From the human T2T-CHM13v2.0 reference genome, Homo sapiens, in assembly GCF_009914755.1 (NCBI RefSeq), contig NC_060938.1: a stretch of DNA of 64,000 bases; one strand, 5' to 3'. Below the pieces are notes generated by a model that ran no database searches, had not been told where the DNA came from, and saw only the letters and a list, made by a program, of their open reading frames with translations. Position numbers and translations under genes: made by a program. Positions 1-17,245 of the stretch are shown here, in pieces (the first letter of the stretch is position 1; each line of letters opens with the position of its first letter).

Positions 1-49
1 TTTTCAAATACAAGTATTGTTTTTTTGTGGGGATTTTGTTATTGTTGCT

Positions 50-308
50 GTTTTTAAAGAGACAAGGTATTGCTCTGTGGCCCAGGCTGGAGTGCAGTGA
101 CATGATCATAGCTCACTGTAACCTCAAACTATTGGGCTCAAGAGATCCTCCCCACCTCAGCCTCCTAAGTAGCTGGTCTACAGGCATGTGCCAACATGTG
201 GGGCTAATTTAAAAAATTTTTTTTGTAGAGACAAAGGTCTTGCTTATATTGCCCAGGCTGGTCTCGAACCCCTGGCATAAAGCAACCCTCCTGCTTCAGC
301 CTCCCAAA
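50..308 (-). mobile_element. Alu (J-like)
   Basis: cccaggctggagtgcagtg...cagcctcccaaa. Confidence 0.9.
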
Positions 309-309
309 T

Positions 310-1140
310 TCTTCCCTAGATATTTTAGACCTGAATATCTAACCACACTATTGGCATTGCCACTTGTGTCCTTTATGAGACATCACAGATTAAACATGTC
401 TAGAGAGGAACTCTAGGTTTGAACCATTCCTCCTTCTATTGCTTCCAGTCTTTCCCATCTCAGGAATGGTGATGCTAGTCACCTATTGCTCAAAAGAAAC
501 CTGGAGGTCATCCTTGACTCCTCCCAGGTCAATGTCCAAAATGTATTTCAGATTCTCCTACTTTTCTTCATCTCCATGGTCATGACCCTGGTCCAAGGAA
601 GCATTGTTTTTTCCTGGACCACTGTGGCAGTTTCCTAACTGGACTTCTGATTCCACTCTTAGTCCTGTTTAATCCCCCTAGCAGTGATCTTGTTAAAGCA
701 CTGGTAAGATTCTGTCATTTTGCTTTACATCACTCAGTGGCTCTCCATAGCACTTAAAATACAATCCAAACACTTTGCTTTGGTCTTCAAGGCCTTGCAT
801 GGTCTACCCACTCCCTACCTCTTCAGTATCATCTCATACCATTCCTTTCCTGTCTGTTCACTCCTACCCACTCTGCTCCAGCCTCCCTGGCTCATTTTTG
901 ACCCTCAAGCATGACAAACTGTTTCCCATCTTAGGACTTTCAGGGCCTTCCCTCTGCCTGGAATCCTCTCCCCAAAGCTGGCTCCTTCTTATCCTTCCGA
1001 CCTCAAGTTAAATGTTATCTTCTCAGAAAGGCCTCCCTATCCACTCTATTACTTGCTATCATATCCCCTTGTATGCTTCTTCATTGAACTTCTTTCAGTC
1101 TGACATTATCTTATTTATTTATTTATTTGCAGACGTGTTT
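310..1140 (+). mobile_element. L2 LINE 3' remnant
   Basis: cctctgcctggaat...ggctccttcttatccttc...ctcaagttaaatgttatcttctcagaaaggcct, typical of the L2 3' region. Confidence 0.7.
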
Positions 1141-2239
1141 GCACTGGCTGCCTCTAACACAGTTGTTCTTAATTCAGGCTCCAGGATGGCAAGTTGCCTT
1201 TAGTTGCACTCAGCTGGAGTGCATGATTGAAAGGCTTCTTAGGCAGTGTCTGGGATCAGCAGGTAAGAGTGCCATGATTGATTAGCAATGTCTGCCACAG
1301 ACTAAGAAATGGAAGGCAGGGGCACAGGTGATAAGTCTTTGCCATGCCTGATCTGGTCAACTGAGTTTCAGCGATTTGACCAAGGCCAGACAGCTAGTTA
1401 ATGACAGAGCTGGGTGGAATCTAGTCTCCTTGGCTATGTGGAATTCCTTCTAAGAAGCCTATTCGAACCTCACGGTTGATGCCTTGGCCAGTAGTGAAGC
1501 CTGTAGCCCTTTCTCAAAGGGGAAAAAAGAAAGGAACGGAAAGGGAAGCTGGGCTGAAATAACTTCTCTGTGTCAGGCGTACAGTTTTGGAGACTTCTTG
1601 GCAGTTGGGAATGCAGGCGTAACACAGTTTTGTCAAAATGCCCTTGGGGACATGGTGGCATGGTAAGAAGTGTCTAGAGGAGCCCAGCATGATAGCAGAC
1701 ACTCCTTTAATAGGCAGAATTCTGAGAGCTCATCACTCACTAACACTTATCCACCACAGTGCCCGGAGCCCACAGAGCAGCTGGCAAAAGCCCTGGAATA
1801 TTAGGTGTCATGTATGTCTGTTTAGCTACAAGGCTCTCTCTCTTAGCTTTTAGGAAGTCAGGTGTGAGGCACTCTGCCTTTACGGTGTGTCACTGGGGTA
1901 AGAGGCAGCCCAAATGAGCCATTGTGTCTGAGGCAGCAAGGCAAGCTTGCCTGTCACCCAGAAACCCGCACAGGACAGGTGGCTGAAGGAAGTCCAGTGT
2001 ATACAAGGGTTGTGGCTGAGAGTTCAGGGCATTGCACTGGGCTGGAATGCCCATCAGCATGCCCACACAACTTCCAGAACCTCAGGGGCTCATGATACCC
2101 ACATCACCTTCTGGGTGGTTTTCTCCTCCTCCTGGAGATGGGTCAGCTATAGTTTGGTAGAACCTACAGGCAGGGAGTTCACCCCCAAGTTTCCTGGGAA
2201 GAACACTGGCCACATAAAAGTATTGAAAAAACGGGTTTA

Positions 2240-2420
2240 GCACAGTGCTCCCCAGACCTGGCACATAATTAGAATTAGTAGAGGAGCTTTGGAAAAATAC
2301 TCATTCCTCGACATCTCCCTAGACCTACTGACTCAGAGCCTCTAAATGAGTAAGTCCTCAAAGTCTGTGCCGTTCAAAGGCTTCCTAGGGCATTCTGAGG
2401 TTATATGGGACTGGCGTCAC
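2240..2420. mobile_element. MER5-like hAT-Charlie remnant (similar fragments near 8390-8520, 10810-10960, 54335-54450)
   Basis: cagtgctccccagacc...agacctactgactcagagcctct. Confidence 0.55.
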
Positions 2421-3724
2421 AAGTTTAGGGCAAAGAAGATAGGACTTGGAGATCTGAAAATCAAGGTTCAAAATTTCCCTGTGACGTTTCTTGGATGTGT
2501 GATCCTGAACGAGTCGCCTGACCTTTCTGAGCTTCAGATCTTGCATGGAACTAATCATAATCATGTATATTCTTCCTCCTCAACATTGTTGGGCAGCTTA
2601 AATGAGATACGGGTATGAAATAGATTTGTAAACCATGAAGCTGCTTATTTCGTTAATAAACCAGGGATGTTGAATTTGGTGATGGGGGAAAGTTCTGGAT
2701 AAGGGGAAGAGAAGGGTGTTGGTCATGAAAACCTTGCAATGCCAGTGGGGATCTTGACCTCAGACCTGGATAGTAGCTGATGGGAGGGCAGAGGCCTTTC
2801 CCTCGCCTGCCCTGTCTGAACCTTTCCTGTTGGAAGAGAAATATGATGTGGGAAGCGCCTGGGACAGGCTTAGGGCCAGGTGCAGGGCCACGCTTTGCAG
2901 AGCTTTAGCCGGCTATTTTTAGTGCCCGGGTGTAAAAGAAAGAAGCTTAAAGTGGCCCCGCTGCGGCTGACCCTGCACACTCGGCTATTTTTACTTCCGA
3001 AAGACTGGGATCTTGTCCAGCTTAGGCAGGGAAGATGAGAAGAAAGGAGGGAGGTGGAGGGAAGAAGGAATTATTTTACTTCCATTAAGAAAAATGTCAG
3101 AAACCTGATCTTATCAAGTCAGCAAGTGGGTATCCAATCCCGGATGTGTAAGGTGCCGGCTGTGGACGCTGTGACGTGCCTGCAGTGGATTGGAGAGGCC
3201 AGCAGAGGGGGAGCCCCGCTCCCCTCCTCTCAAGGAGTTTCTGTCCCAGAGTGGCCCCGAAGCTTCTTTGCTATTTTTTGTGCCCTGAGCTGGGAAGTGG
3301 GCTTGGCCCCCACAGGCACGAGGGGCACCAGCCTGGTGACGAGGCCGGTGGAGGTGGGAGCAGTTATGACTGCAGCCAAGGGTGGAACCTCTGTTCTCAA
3401 GTTGGACAAAGGCAGCCATCAGACCCACTGGCATATTCCAGAGAGTCCCAGTGTTGGGGCTGTGTGCCCTGGGCACAATATTTAACCTCTCTGAACCTTA
3501 ATTTCTTCAGGGATTTTGTTTAATACATCTGACTGACAGTAGTTACAACTGTGGGGATGTGTTTCTCTCTTCCATGAGGAAGGCAGTTCAAGCCAGACTC
3601 TATGACCTTCAACAGGCAGATGAAAGGCAAGAAGTTACTACTGAGTGCCTACTGTGTACCAAGCACTCTGTTACGTTTCAATATTTTATGTTGTTAATTC
3701 CACTAACCTGAGAAAGGATACATA

Positions 3725-5400
<1,676 letters not shown>

Positions 5401-5931
5401 AAATCTTTAAGAGTGAAGTGGGTTTTTTTTTTTATTAATTTTTTTTTTAGATGGAGTCTCACTCTGTTGCCCAGGCTGGAGTGAAATGGTGTGATCTCAA
5501 CTCAAGATCTCCGTCTGCACAGGGTCATGTATTCCAGGGATTATCAATTTTTTTCTATTCATGGAGCACTCAGAAATATTAAAATTTTGACCTGTACACA
5601 TTAAGGGATTAAACGGTGTTAATGGTGGTTAAAACAAAGGATCTGTATTTATTGCAGTATTTGGAAATATGTGACACTTTACATTTGAGCATTATTAATG
5701 CTTTTTTGCATTCAGAAAATTATCAATAAGATGATAAAATCTAATAATCCTAGACAGTAATTGTAAGTTAATTAGTATTTTAATGTGTTTCCTGAGTCTA
5801 CTTTTAGATATTTTACTAATGTAAGGACACAAACAATAAGGCAACTCTCATTTCAAGTTCAAGTCTTCTTGTTTATTTCCAGTTAGTGTTTGTAAGTCTT
5901 AAGCATCCTAATTTTAAAAGTAATTGCCCAT

Positions 5932-6630
<699 letters not shown>

Positions 6631-8569
6631 GAACCCATCGAATCGAAGAGCTGATGGGTATAAAGGGAAACCAGCATGAGGTGGCCTGTGAGGTATCAGA
6701 TGAATGTTGAAGTGCTATGGGTTGGCAGGAGGGTGGTAGAAGAGATGGCCTCACCCAGCCTACTGGAACTGCTTTCCAGCTTACCAAGCATTTTCTCATC
6801 ATTAAGTCATACAATTGTCACAAAAGCCATCTACCTTGAGCAGAGTTGGTTTTACCATCGCCTCCTTCCCCAGACCTGAAGATGCAGCTGAAGCCCACTT
6901 GTCCAAGGCCAAATAACCTGAAATAACCCGTAAGGGACAGAGATGGGCATGGGACCTTCATTATCGAGCCCATGGGCTGCAGTGATTGTGGGCTGTGCTT
7001 AGGGCAGGCTCAGAAGAGCAGACAGGAAGCAAGGGGAACAGACACATTTCACATCAGGTGTCAGTTTGTGCATAATTAAACCCAACAGGCTACTGTTTTT
7101 TTAACAGCGTAATCTGATAATTGATACACGTATTGATTGGAGCCATTGACCACTATGCTGTAAAGATCAGGAGGAGAAAATTTAGAGGAGAATTTAACAT
7201 TTGCTGTGCGCTGGGAGGTCATACCATGGAATGGCAAAAAGCTTGGGTCTTTTATTGGGGAAATCACTGAATCTCTCTGAGCCTCAGTTTTTCTTATTTG
7301 TAAAATGAGGATAATAGCACCTGCCTTATATTTTTGTGGGTTAAGTAGGGTAATACATACAGAGAGTCCTTTACAAATTATGCTGTTATCATTATCATTA
7401 TTCATGTGATTTACCAAAAACTTGGATGCAATGCTGGGGAACAGTAATAATAAGGATGATGATAATAACCATAATAATCCCATTTTCTAAGCACATGCTG
7501 CATCTTGGGTACCATGACAGACTTTGGGGCAGGACTGTGAGCCGCCCCTGGCCTTAACGGGTGCCTAGTCAGTAGGGGAAGCCCAGTGTGCTCTGGGAGC
7601 CCATGAAGAAGCCCCCAGCCTGGCATGGGGATGAGGAGGACAGAGGTACATCCACCCCTGTATTCATCAAGTCTTTCCTGAACATCCATGAAAGGTCAGG
7701 CCCTATATCAGGACACAGAACATCCCAGATGGAGACATCGGCAGAGGTGGCAGCTGCCCATCTCCTTGCCTTGCCGAGGGACAGACACCTCTTTTTATTT
7801 TGTGTTGAGCATGCCTCACTCTGATTGACAGCTGCTTGCCGGGAAGCAGGCTGGATGGGAAGCGAGAGTTCATTCCAGTGGTATCTAGGAGAGAAGGTCA
7901 GTAAAGTGGGGAAGGGGCTTGTCCTGGACTCAAGGAGAGTATATGTTTAAGATCCTGGCATATAGTAGGTGCTCAGTAAGTGGGGGCCCTTACTGTCTCT
8001 TATGGATGAGGTGGACCGTTTTCACTTTCGGTCCTGTCACCATTCCAAGGGGAAGCAGAACTTGGTGGAGGGTTTGGTTTGGCCTGGGTATAGTGAACAG
8101 AGGAGGCTTCTATGTAGACATGTCACAGGATAGAGTCAGAAAGCTTTTCTAGACAGGGAACTTTTCCCAAAAGACTTTTACAGGAAGAATCATCCTTCCT
8201 GTGTTTGTGTCTGCTCCTTATGCTGTCACTGAAGGGGCTTGCAGGGGGTGAGGGAGCAAATGTGAGCCAAAGTGCTAGCAGCACATAGGTTCAGGTCTGG
8301 AGCTGGATGGCATCTAGCTGTCCCTTTAGGGTCCAAGGTACAGGCAGAAGTTGATGGTACAGCTGCGTTTGCTAGGATGCCTTAGTGCAGTGCTCCTCAA
8401 ACTCTGTTGTCCGTGCAAATCACCTTGTCTGATTCCTCTGTGGCCAGGCCTGAGATTTTGAGGCATCTAACAAGCCTCAAATGATGGTGATGATGCTGGC
8501 CTGCAGACCACACTTGAGGAGGAAGACAGCGGAGACTGCTCCTGCCCACACCTACTCAGCACTGTCTGT

Positions 8570-8618
8570 TTGTGTGTGTGTGTGTGTACGTGTGCATGCG
8601 TGCGTGTGTGTGTGTGTG
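8570..8618. repeat. Imperfect (GT)n
   Basis: Seen directly. Confidence 0.9.
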
Positions 8619-9034
8619 CTGATCTGACGCCTAGGCTTTCTTTGGCCACCAGAGTCTGCTCAGCCTGGACCTGGGAGGCAGGCAAGAAGCGCCAAAGCAG
8701 CCGGTAGCTGGGAGCCTCAGTTGCCCACAGCAGTACTGTCCTCAGGAACACATTTGTTATTGGCTTTCTTCCCTCCTTGGAAACTGCTCGCATGCACAGC
8801 CTTGTCTCAGATTCTGCTCCTGGAGAAGTCAACAACAAATGTCAGTTACAAAACCTGACCTTCTAGGCAGAAGGGGAGTTTATTGGAAGCCTATCAGGAG
8901 GTTCAAAGAGTACATTTAGAAACCAGACAAGAACCAGGAGAATCCCTGGAGAGCCCAGGAGCAGGAAACCCAGTAGCCAGGACATACTGGCCAGGGGCTG
9001 CCTACACTCTGCTGGGGAGGCGCTGCTGGTCTGA

Positions 9035-9511
<477 letters not shown>

Positions 9512-11331
9512 AGGGGAATTACCTTTAAACAGGAAGCCTGGGTGGGCTGCTGAGTAGACTCCCCCTCTCCCCGACTAAAAAACGTTTAGCACCAGGTACA
9601 AATACACCAGGTTGTGGGGTTGAAAAAGACATTGCTGACAAAAATGAGGAGTTGTGGGCTCACTCAGTGAACTCACAGCATCCTTGCCCTCCAGGGCTGG
9701 AGTCCTGAACTGAAAACACCTGGGGCAGCAGAGGGGTGGGGGGTAGTGTCCTTAGCATCCCAAAGTTCCTTTAGGGCAATGTGCACTTAAAGGAGTTTTC
9801 TCCACTCATTCAGTAAACAAAGTAATTTTGCTTTCAGTTGCTCTAGGAAACTTCCTTCTTCTCAGGGACTGAAATTTAGTAGCTGAACATCCTAACAAAG
9901 AAACAGCCAGAAAATAGCCCCAGGCATGAATGGGCTCTAAATCATCATTCCATTAAGTAACCATTGTTCTGACTTCCCCTTGCCTGTTCTGGAGAAAGGC
10001 CTGAATCCGGGGGACTGGCAGCCAACACTCTGGGGCTGAAGGATGGACAAGGCTGGGACAGGAAGGAAGATTCTGTTTCTTCTGCTCCCCATCTAGGAAG
10101 TACCAGAGTTTATTAGAAAAGGGAAAGGGCCCTGAAGGTCAACTGACTGGGGCTCTGTGAGGGTGATACTCACTGCCTTTGGGGAAAAGAACAGAAGTTG
10201 AACCTGGCCTGTCGCAGCAGAGGCTGAGGTGGCAACCCAGCTTTCTTCTCTGAGGACTCTGGTCTCCGTGTCTGACTTCTTGTGTGTTTCAGTCAAGGCC
10301 CATTTCATGATCAGGAAAAGGGAGCTGTTCAGTGAGCTCAAGGTAAGGACTCCAAGAAGGAACGTTGTCTGAGGCTGGCCTGGAAGAGCCACAGCAAGAA
10401 GGCAGAAGTGGCTTCCAGGCCCCACAGGGCCCCAGCACCATGCTTGGGGCACCTGCTCTCTGGTGCTTTTTGTGTTGGTTCATACTTTGTAACCAATTTG
10501 TTGGGATTCATCCTTGCAGGCCAGGCCACATCAGTGGGTAGCCAGTCTGAGCTGTGTGTCCACCTGAGGCCCTGTGCCTTCGATCTGCTGGTGGGGGGCA
10601 TGAAATGGTACCAATGTGTCTGTCCAGGCAGCAGGAGCTGTGGGTGAGGCAGGCTTCCGGAAGGCAAGTTGGATTCAGTGACAATGACAGATCTCTCCAG
10701 GGTAAACTCTCACTCCTGGAAGTGGCTGTCTACGTGGAGTAGCCACAGCTGCTTTTGAACCTACTTTCAAGATATTTCCAGGCACTGATTTTCCAGTCCA
10801 GAGGTGGCCAGCCCAACTGTTGCATTCCCATCCCCTGGGGACTTGTGTAAAGACAGACTCTAGAGCTTTATGCTAGAACCTCAGAGAGTGGGGTCTAGAA
10901 ATTGACATTTGTAATGAGCGCCTCCTCAGATGCTTCTTGTGTGAAAAGTCTGAAAACCCTTGAAGTGCCTGTGAATGACCGGGATTCCTTTCTTTTGTTG
11001 GCAAGTTAACCCTCCCTGGATTCAAAGCAGATCTAACATAATGTGACTTCTTCCGCCAACACTTGGTAGAGTGCCTTTGTTGACATAAGGAGAACCAAGG
11101 GCTGAGGGTTGCTTGGGATGAATTTCAGAAGGATGCTGAATCCAGAGAGACAGGACCAGGCCTGGGGCAACGGGATGCGCCATTACTGTTAGACAATTAT
11201 TTTAGGATTGTCCAGCCACCTGGCCTGAGGCTGGCCGTGGGGCAGCTGTCGAAGGTCATCCGAGCAAGGCCCTGAAGGACCCAGCCAGTGCTGAAATTCC
11301 AAAGTCAGTGCTTCTACCCTGGTGATGTTGA

Positions 11332-11622
<291 letters not shown>

Positions 11623-11655
11623 TAGAATGTGGCTCCAAATGAAGCATGGTCCTGA

Positions 11656-12192
<537 letters not shown>

Positions 12193-13180
12193 TGATGCCC
12201 GGATCCTGGACCCCAGAAGGCCTGTGAAATCCTGGCAGGCCTGTTTCTCTGAGCTCCTCTTCTCTCCTTGTAGCATTGGAGAGGAACAGGTAGTTAGAAG
12301 ACCCAGTGAGGCTTATACACTGCTGCAGGCTCTTCAGAATTAGTTATCATTCGAGGCGGGGCCATGTTTGGATCTACAATCAGTGTAATATTCAAAGAAC
12401 AAGTTCCTTGAGCCCTTAAAGGGCAAAGAGTAGGGTTTTCTTGTAGACCTTATTGGAAGGATGCCAGAAAACAACAGAAGAAAGACTGACCCTCTCTTCC
12501 TATTGGAGGCAGCAGAATGGAGCAGTGAAGAGCATGGCCTTGGGAATCAGATCGGGATTCCAATTCTGGGTCTGCAGCTTACTAGCTGAGTAACCCTAGG
12601 TAGGCCACCTGACCTCTCTGTCAAATGGGAATACAAGAGTCCCCCACTTTGTGAGCTTTGATGTGAGCATGAAATGAGATCCTGTGTGTGAAGTGTTCGG
12701 CACAGTGTCTGGCATGTGCTGGCATCAGTTGCATGCCCACTATTGCCATTCGCCTGATCTCTAAGGGAGGCCTGTCTCTGGATTGGCTTCTGAGATTTTA
12801 AGGGCCTTTCTGGTGCGGAAAGTGTGTGTTCCATGTTTCAGGCTGTGTGGACTTCTCTTCGCTGTGTGTGGACCCAAACCCTGCTTTCACCCTCTCTAGG
12901 TCTGGGCAGATGGCGGGAGCTTTTTTATTTTTGTAGACACCAACACCCATGTATTCTACATTACATACACATTGGGGGCCTTTCTCTGTGCAATTTATTC
13001 CTCAACTCCTTTAAGACTCTAATAAGTTGACTCAGAGTGTGGTAGAAACATCCTTTTATCCTTCTGGTAATGACCCACCATGAACATGGGACAAGTCAGC
13101 TTCCTGTCTGTAGATCCGTTTTTGGTTTGTCATGGCTCTGAAAGGTGATTACAGCAGACGATACAGCAAAGGTGACCTAG

Positions 13181-13521
<341 letters not shown>

Positions 13522-14586
13522 TGATTGAGAGAATAAAAAATGTCCTTCCATGTGAGACCTTACATGCCCAAGTTGCAGGAAGGAGCCTTCCTGTGGACAG
13601 GGACGCACAGAGACATCAGATGGCCCAGAGGCTCTGCTGGCAGGGACTGCCTGGTGGCCCCTGGGCATTCTGACCAGGGATCTGGGCTGGTACGCCCTTA
13701 CTAAGGAGCTCAACCTCTCGGGGATTACACACTCAGTAGTTTTTGAATCTGCCCAGTGCTGGTTCAGCACAGATGTGGGGTCAGGCCACTGCTTAAGACA
13801 CTTCAGCCTGGATTGCTCCACTAACCCAGGGCCAAATTGGGTACAGGTACCCCTGCCCCCGCCCCACACTCCTGTTCCAGGTTGAACAGATCCTGCATCC
13901 TAGCAATGGCTCACGAGTGGCGCCTGGTGGTCCCCTGGGTCAATGCTTCCTTCTTCCACAACCCCACCCCTGCAACACCACGGAGGAAGTAGATAAGACC
14001 AGGAGACCCTGTCTCCCCTGCACTCATTTTTCTCTGTGCCTTTCCACCTCCCAGCTCCATCTCCCATCTGTGACCAACCAAGAGGGCATGGCTAGAGCAG
14101 AGTGAGTGCTAAAGGCATAGACTTTGGAATCAGGCAGCCTGGGCTTTCATCTCAGCTCTGTCCTTACTGGCCTTATGCAAGATACTGAATTTTTCGGAGC
14201 TTCAGTGTCCTTGTCTGTAAAATGGGAATCACGATAGAGCCCCTTCACGGGATTGCTGTGAGGATGTAGCGCGCTTAGTGTGTACACCGGGTGAATGGCA
14301 GAGACGCTTACCAGCGCTGTTGTAGTTGCTAATAGTAATAAAAGCCTCCTTTCATGGCTTCATTTATCCTTGTCCAAAGCCGGATTCTTTTTGGTAAAAA
14401 AATAAAATAAAATAAAAACGGGCTCAGTTGTCCATCTTAAATGCTAATTTGCCTATTTTGCATAAATCTGCATGCTGAATTCTTTGCCTCCTGACCTTCC
14501 AGTGTTTAAGGTAAAATTAATTAGTGGAGTCTCCTGCCACTGCATGTAAACTCATACTAAGGGCAATGACACAATCAAATGCCTGA

Positions 14587-14915
<329 letters not shown>

Positions 14916-14978
14916 TAATCAACTTAATCCCATCTCAGATTAGATGGAAAATGCATCTGAAGATGGGCTCCCTATCCC

Positions 14979-15026
14979 TGAGAGAGAGAGAGAGAGAGAG
15001 AGAAAGAAAGAGAGAGAGAGAGAGAG
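14979..15026. repeat. (GA)n
   Basis: Seen directly. Confidence 0.95.
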
Positions 15027-16945
15027 CTGGTTGAGTAGGGAGGATAAAAGCTGGGGCCCACCCTGGGGCCTGTGTTGGCTCCAGTCCATCTAGTTCCTGC
15101 ACAGACAGAAAGAGGGGGACTGGCCACTGCAGGCTGCTCAGGAGTAGAGCTCTGAAGAATTTAGGCCAGTGTCCTTAAACGCAAGGTACCGCATCTCACG
15201 AGAGGGCATTGCACACTTAGCTTTGCATGCACATATTGAGAAGTCACTACACATGAGGTCCCCTGATAGGAGTTGTGGCTGAGACAAGGAATTTATTTTG
15301 CCCCAAGGATCCCATTTGGAACAAGGCTGACATCCAGGGGGAGCTTGGTTCACTCAGAATCCCAGCCATTGTTCAAGTCAGTCTGACATTGTCCTACCCC
15401 AAATGCAGGTTTTTTACCTTGAGTTGAATGTTCCAAGTATTGGGTTCCCCATAGGGCAAGCCCAAGTCTTCAGAGTGTCCATTTCTTATTCCATGAGATC
15501 AAGAGCTAGCTGACTTTAATAGGCAGTGGGGAATCACTTGATGAATTGCAGCCTCCTCCAAATGACCCGAGCCTGCCATCCTGCCTCCCTCGGCAGCCTC
15601 ATGCCTGTGCCAGCCAGGAAAGCCTGCCCAGGGAGTTTCCACCACCCTGCCCTGCCCAGGCTCCCATGTGCAGGGCATCCCCAGAGGCCTCCTCACAAAA
15701 GTCCCTCAGCGGCACTGCTCCCAGGTAGCCCCCATCTGACTCAATGAAATATGAGCTGCCGAGTGACAGCAGCTGTGTCTGAAGTGGCCCCAGATCCTAT
15801 AATTACATCTCCCTTTATTACCTCTGCTAATGGCCCTCCAGGTCGACAGAAACGATCATAAATTAACAGATTATGAACTCCACTTGCCACAAATTACGTG
15901 CTTTTTTTTTTTCCCCCTTCAATTCTAGGAGCTTGTGGTGCCAAATCACGGATGGGGGGATGGGGAGCTTGGGGAGAGCCTGAATGTTATTAGATGAGTT
16001 GGTGCAGATAAAACAATTTTCCTGGGGCAGCAGAGCTCCAAGTGGGAGCATGAGGAGCCAGAAGCTCTGGGCAGGCCCGAGAGCCTTGATGAGGCAGTGC
16101 TGCCTGCAGTGAGCCCGGCACAGGGACACCCCTGCACTCCCAGGGGCACGGGGCACCCCCAGACCCTCCCGGTAGCCTCTTCAGGGGCCTCTTGGTCCCA
16201 GAGTTACTAATAACTTGAGAATGAGACCCAGCCCAGCTGAGAGAGGCAGGGGTGGAAGCGCTTTACTGAAGGGCAGGGAGGAGTGCCTGGGCTCCTTCTG
16301 GGTTTTAAATAAAAGAATCTGTGGTTTTAGTAAAGATATCAGATGGGACAGATGGGTCGAAATTAAGAGTTCCAAATTCCCCATCCTAACCTTCCTTCTG
16401 GGAATTTCCTGGGCAGATACAACCACTGTGTGAGGTGTGTGTGTGGGTGGGGGTTGTGTATGTCCCCCAGTCCATGGGCTTATACCATAACACTGCTTTA
16501 CACCTGCTTTTTCCATTTAATTATACAAAATAGTAGCACTTACCTGGCAAAGCAGGGTTCTAAGTGTTCCACATGTCAGCTCATGTAATCTGAACAACCC
16601 CATGAGGTGAGTGCTGTTATGATTTCCATTTTACAGAAGAGGAAACCGAGGCACTGAGAGGCAGACTTGCCAGGGTCACAGCTAGTGAACAGCAGAGTTA
16701 GGAAGCTGATCTCTGTGCTCATACGATTACACCCTTTTTGCCCCCTTGGCTGTCTTTCCACGTCCACACAGAGTTCTAACTTATTTGGCACATTCATTTA
16801 ACTAAAAATTACATCTATGTAATAATCACATGTATTACATTAGTTACCTTTTTTTTTTTCTATTTTGAATCATTTCAAGCAGTGATCTAATACCCTTTTA
16901 CATTTATCTCTATGTCTTTATTCATACTTTTCTTTCTAGGATAAA

Positions 16946-17245
16946 TTTCTTTTTTTTTCTTTTTGAGCCAGGATCTCGCTTTGTCACCCAGGCTGGAATG
17001 CAGTGGCGTGATCTTGGCTCACTGGAGCTTTGACCACCTGGGTTCAAGCGATCCTCCTGCTGTAGCCTCCCAAGTAGCAGAGATCACAGGCATGCACCAC
17101 CATGTCCGGCTAATTTTTAAATTATTTGTAGAGATGGTGTTTTGCCATGTTGCCCAGGCTGGCATTACACTCCTGGGCTCATGTGATCCTCCCACCTCAG
17201 CCCCCAAAGTTCTGGGATTACAGGCGTGAGCCACCGTGCCTGGCC
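16946..17245 (-). mobile_element. Alu (J-like)
   Basis: Dimer, TSD-like ctagga.aaatttct. Confidence 0.93.
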
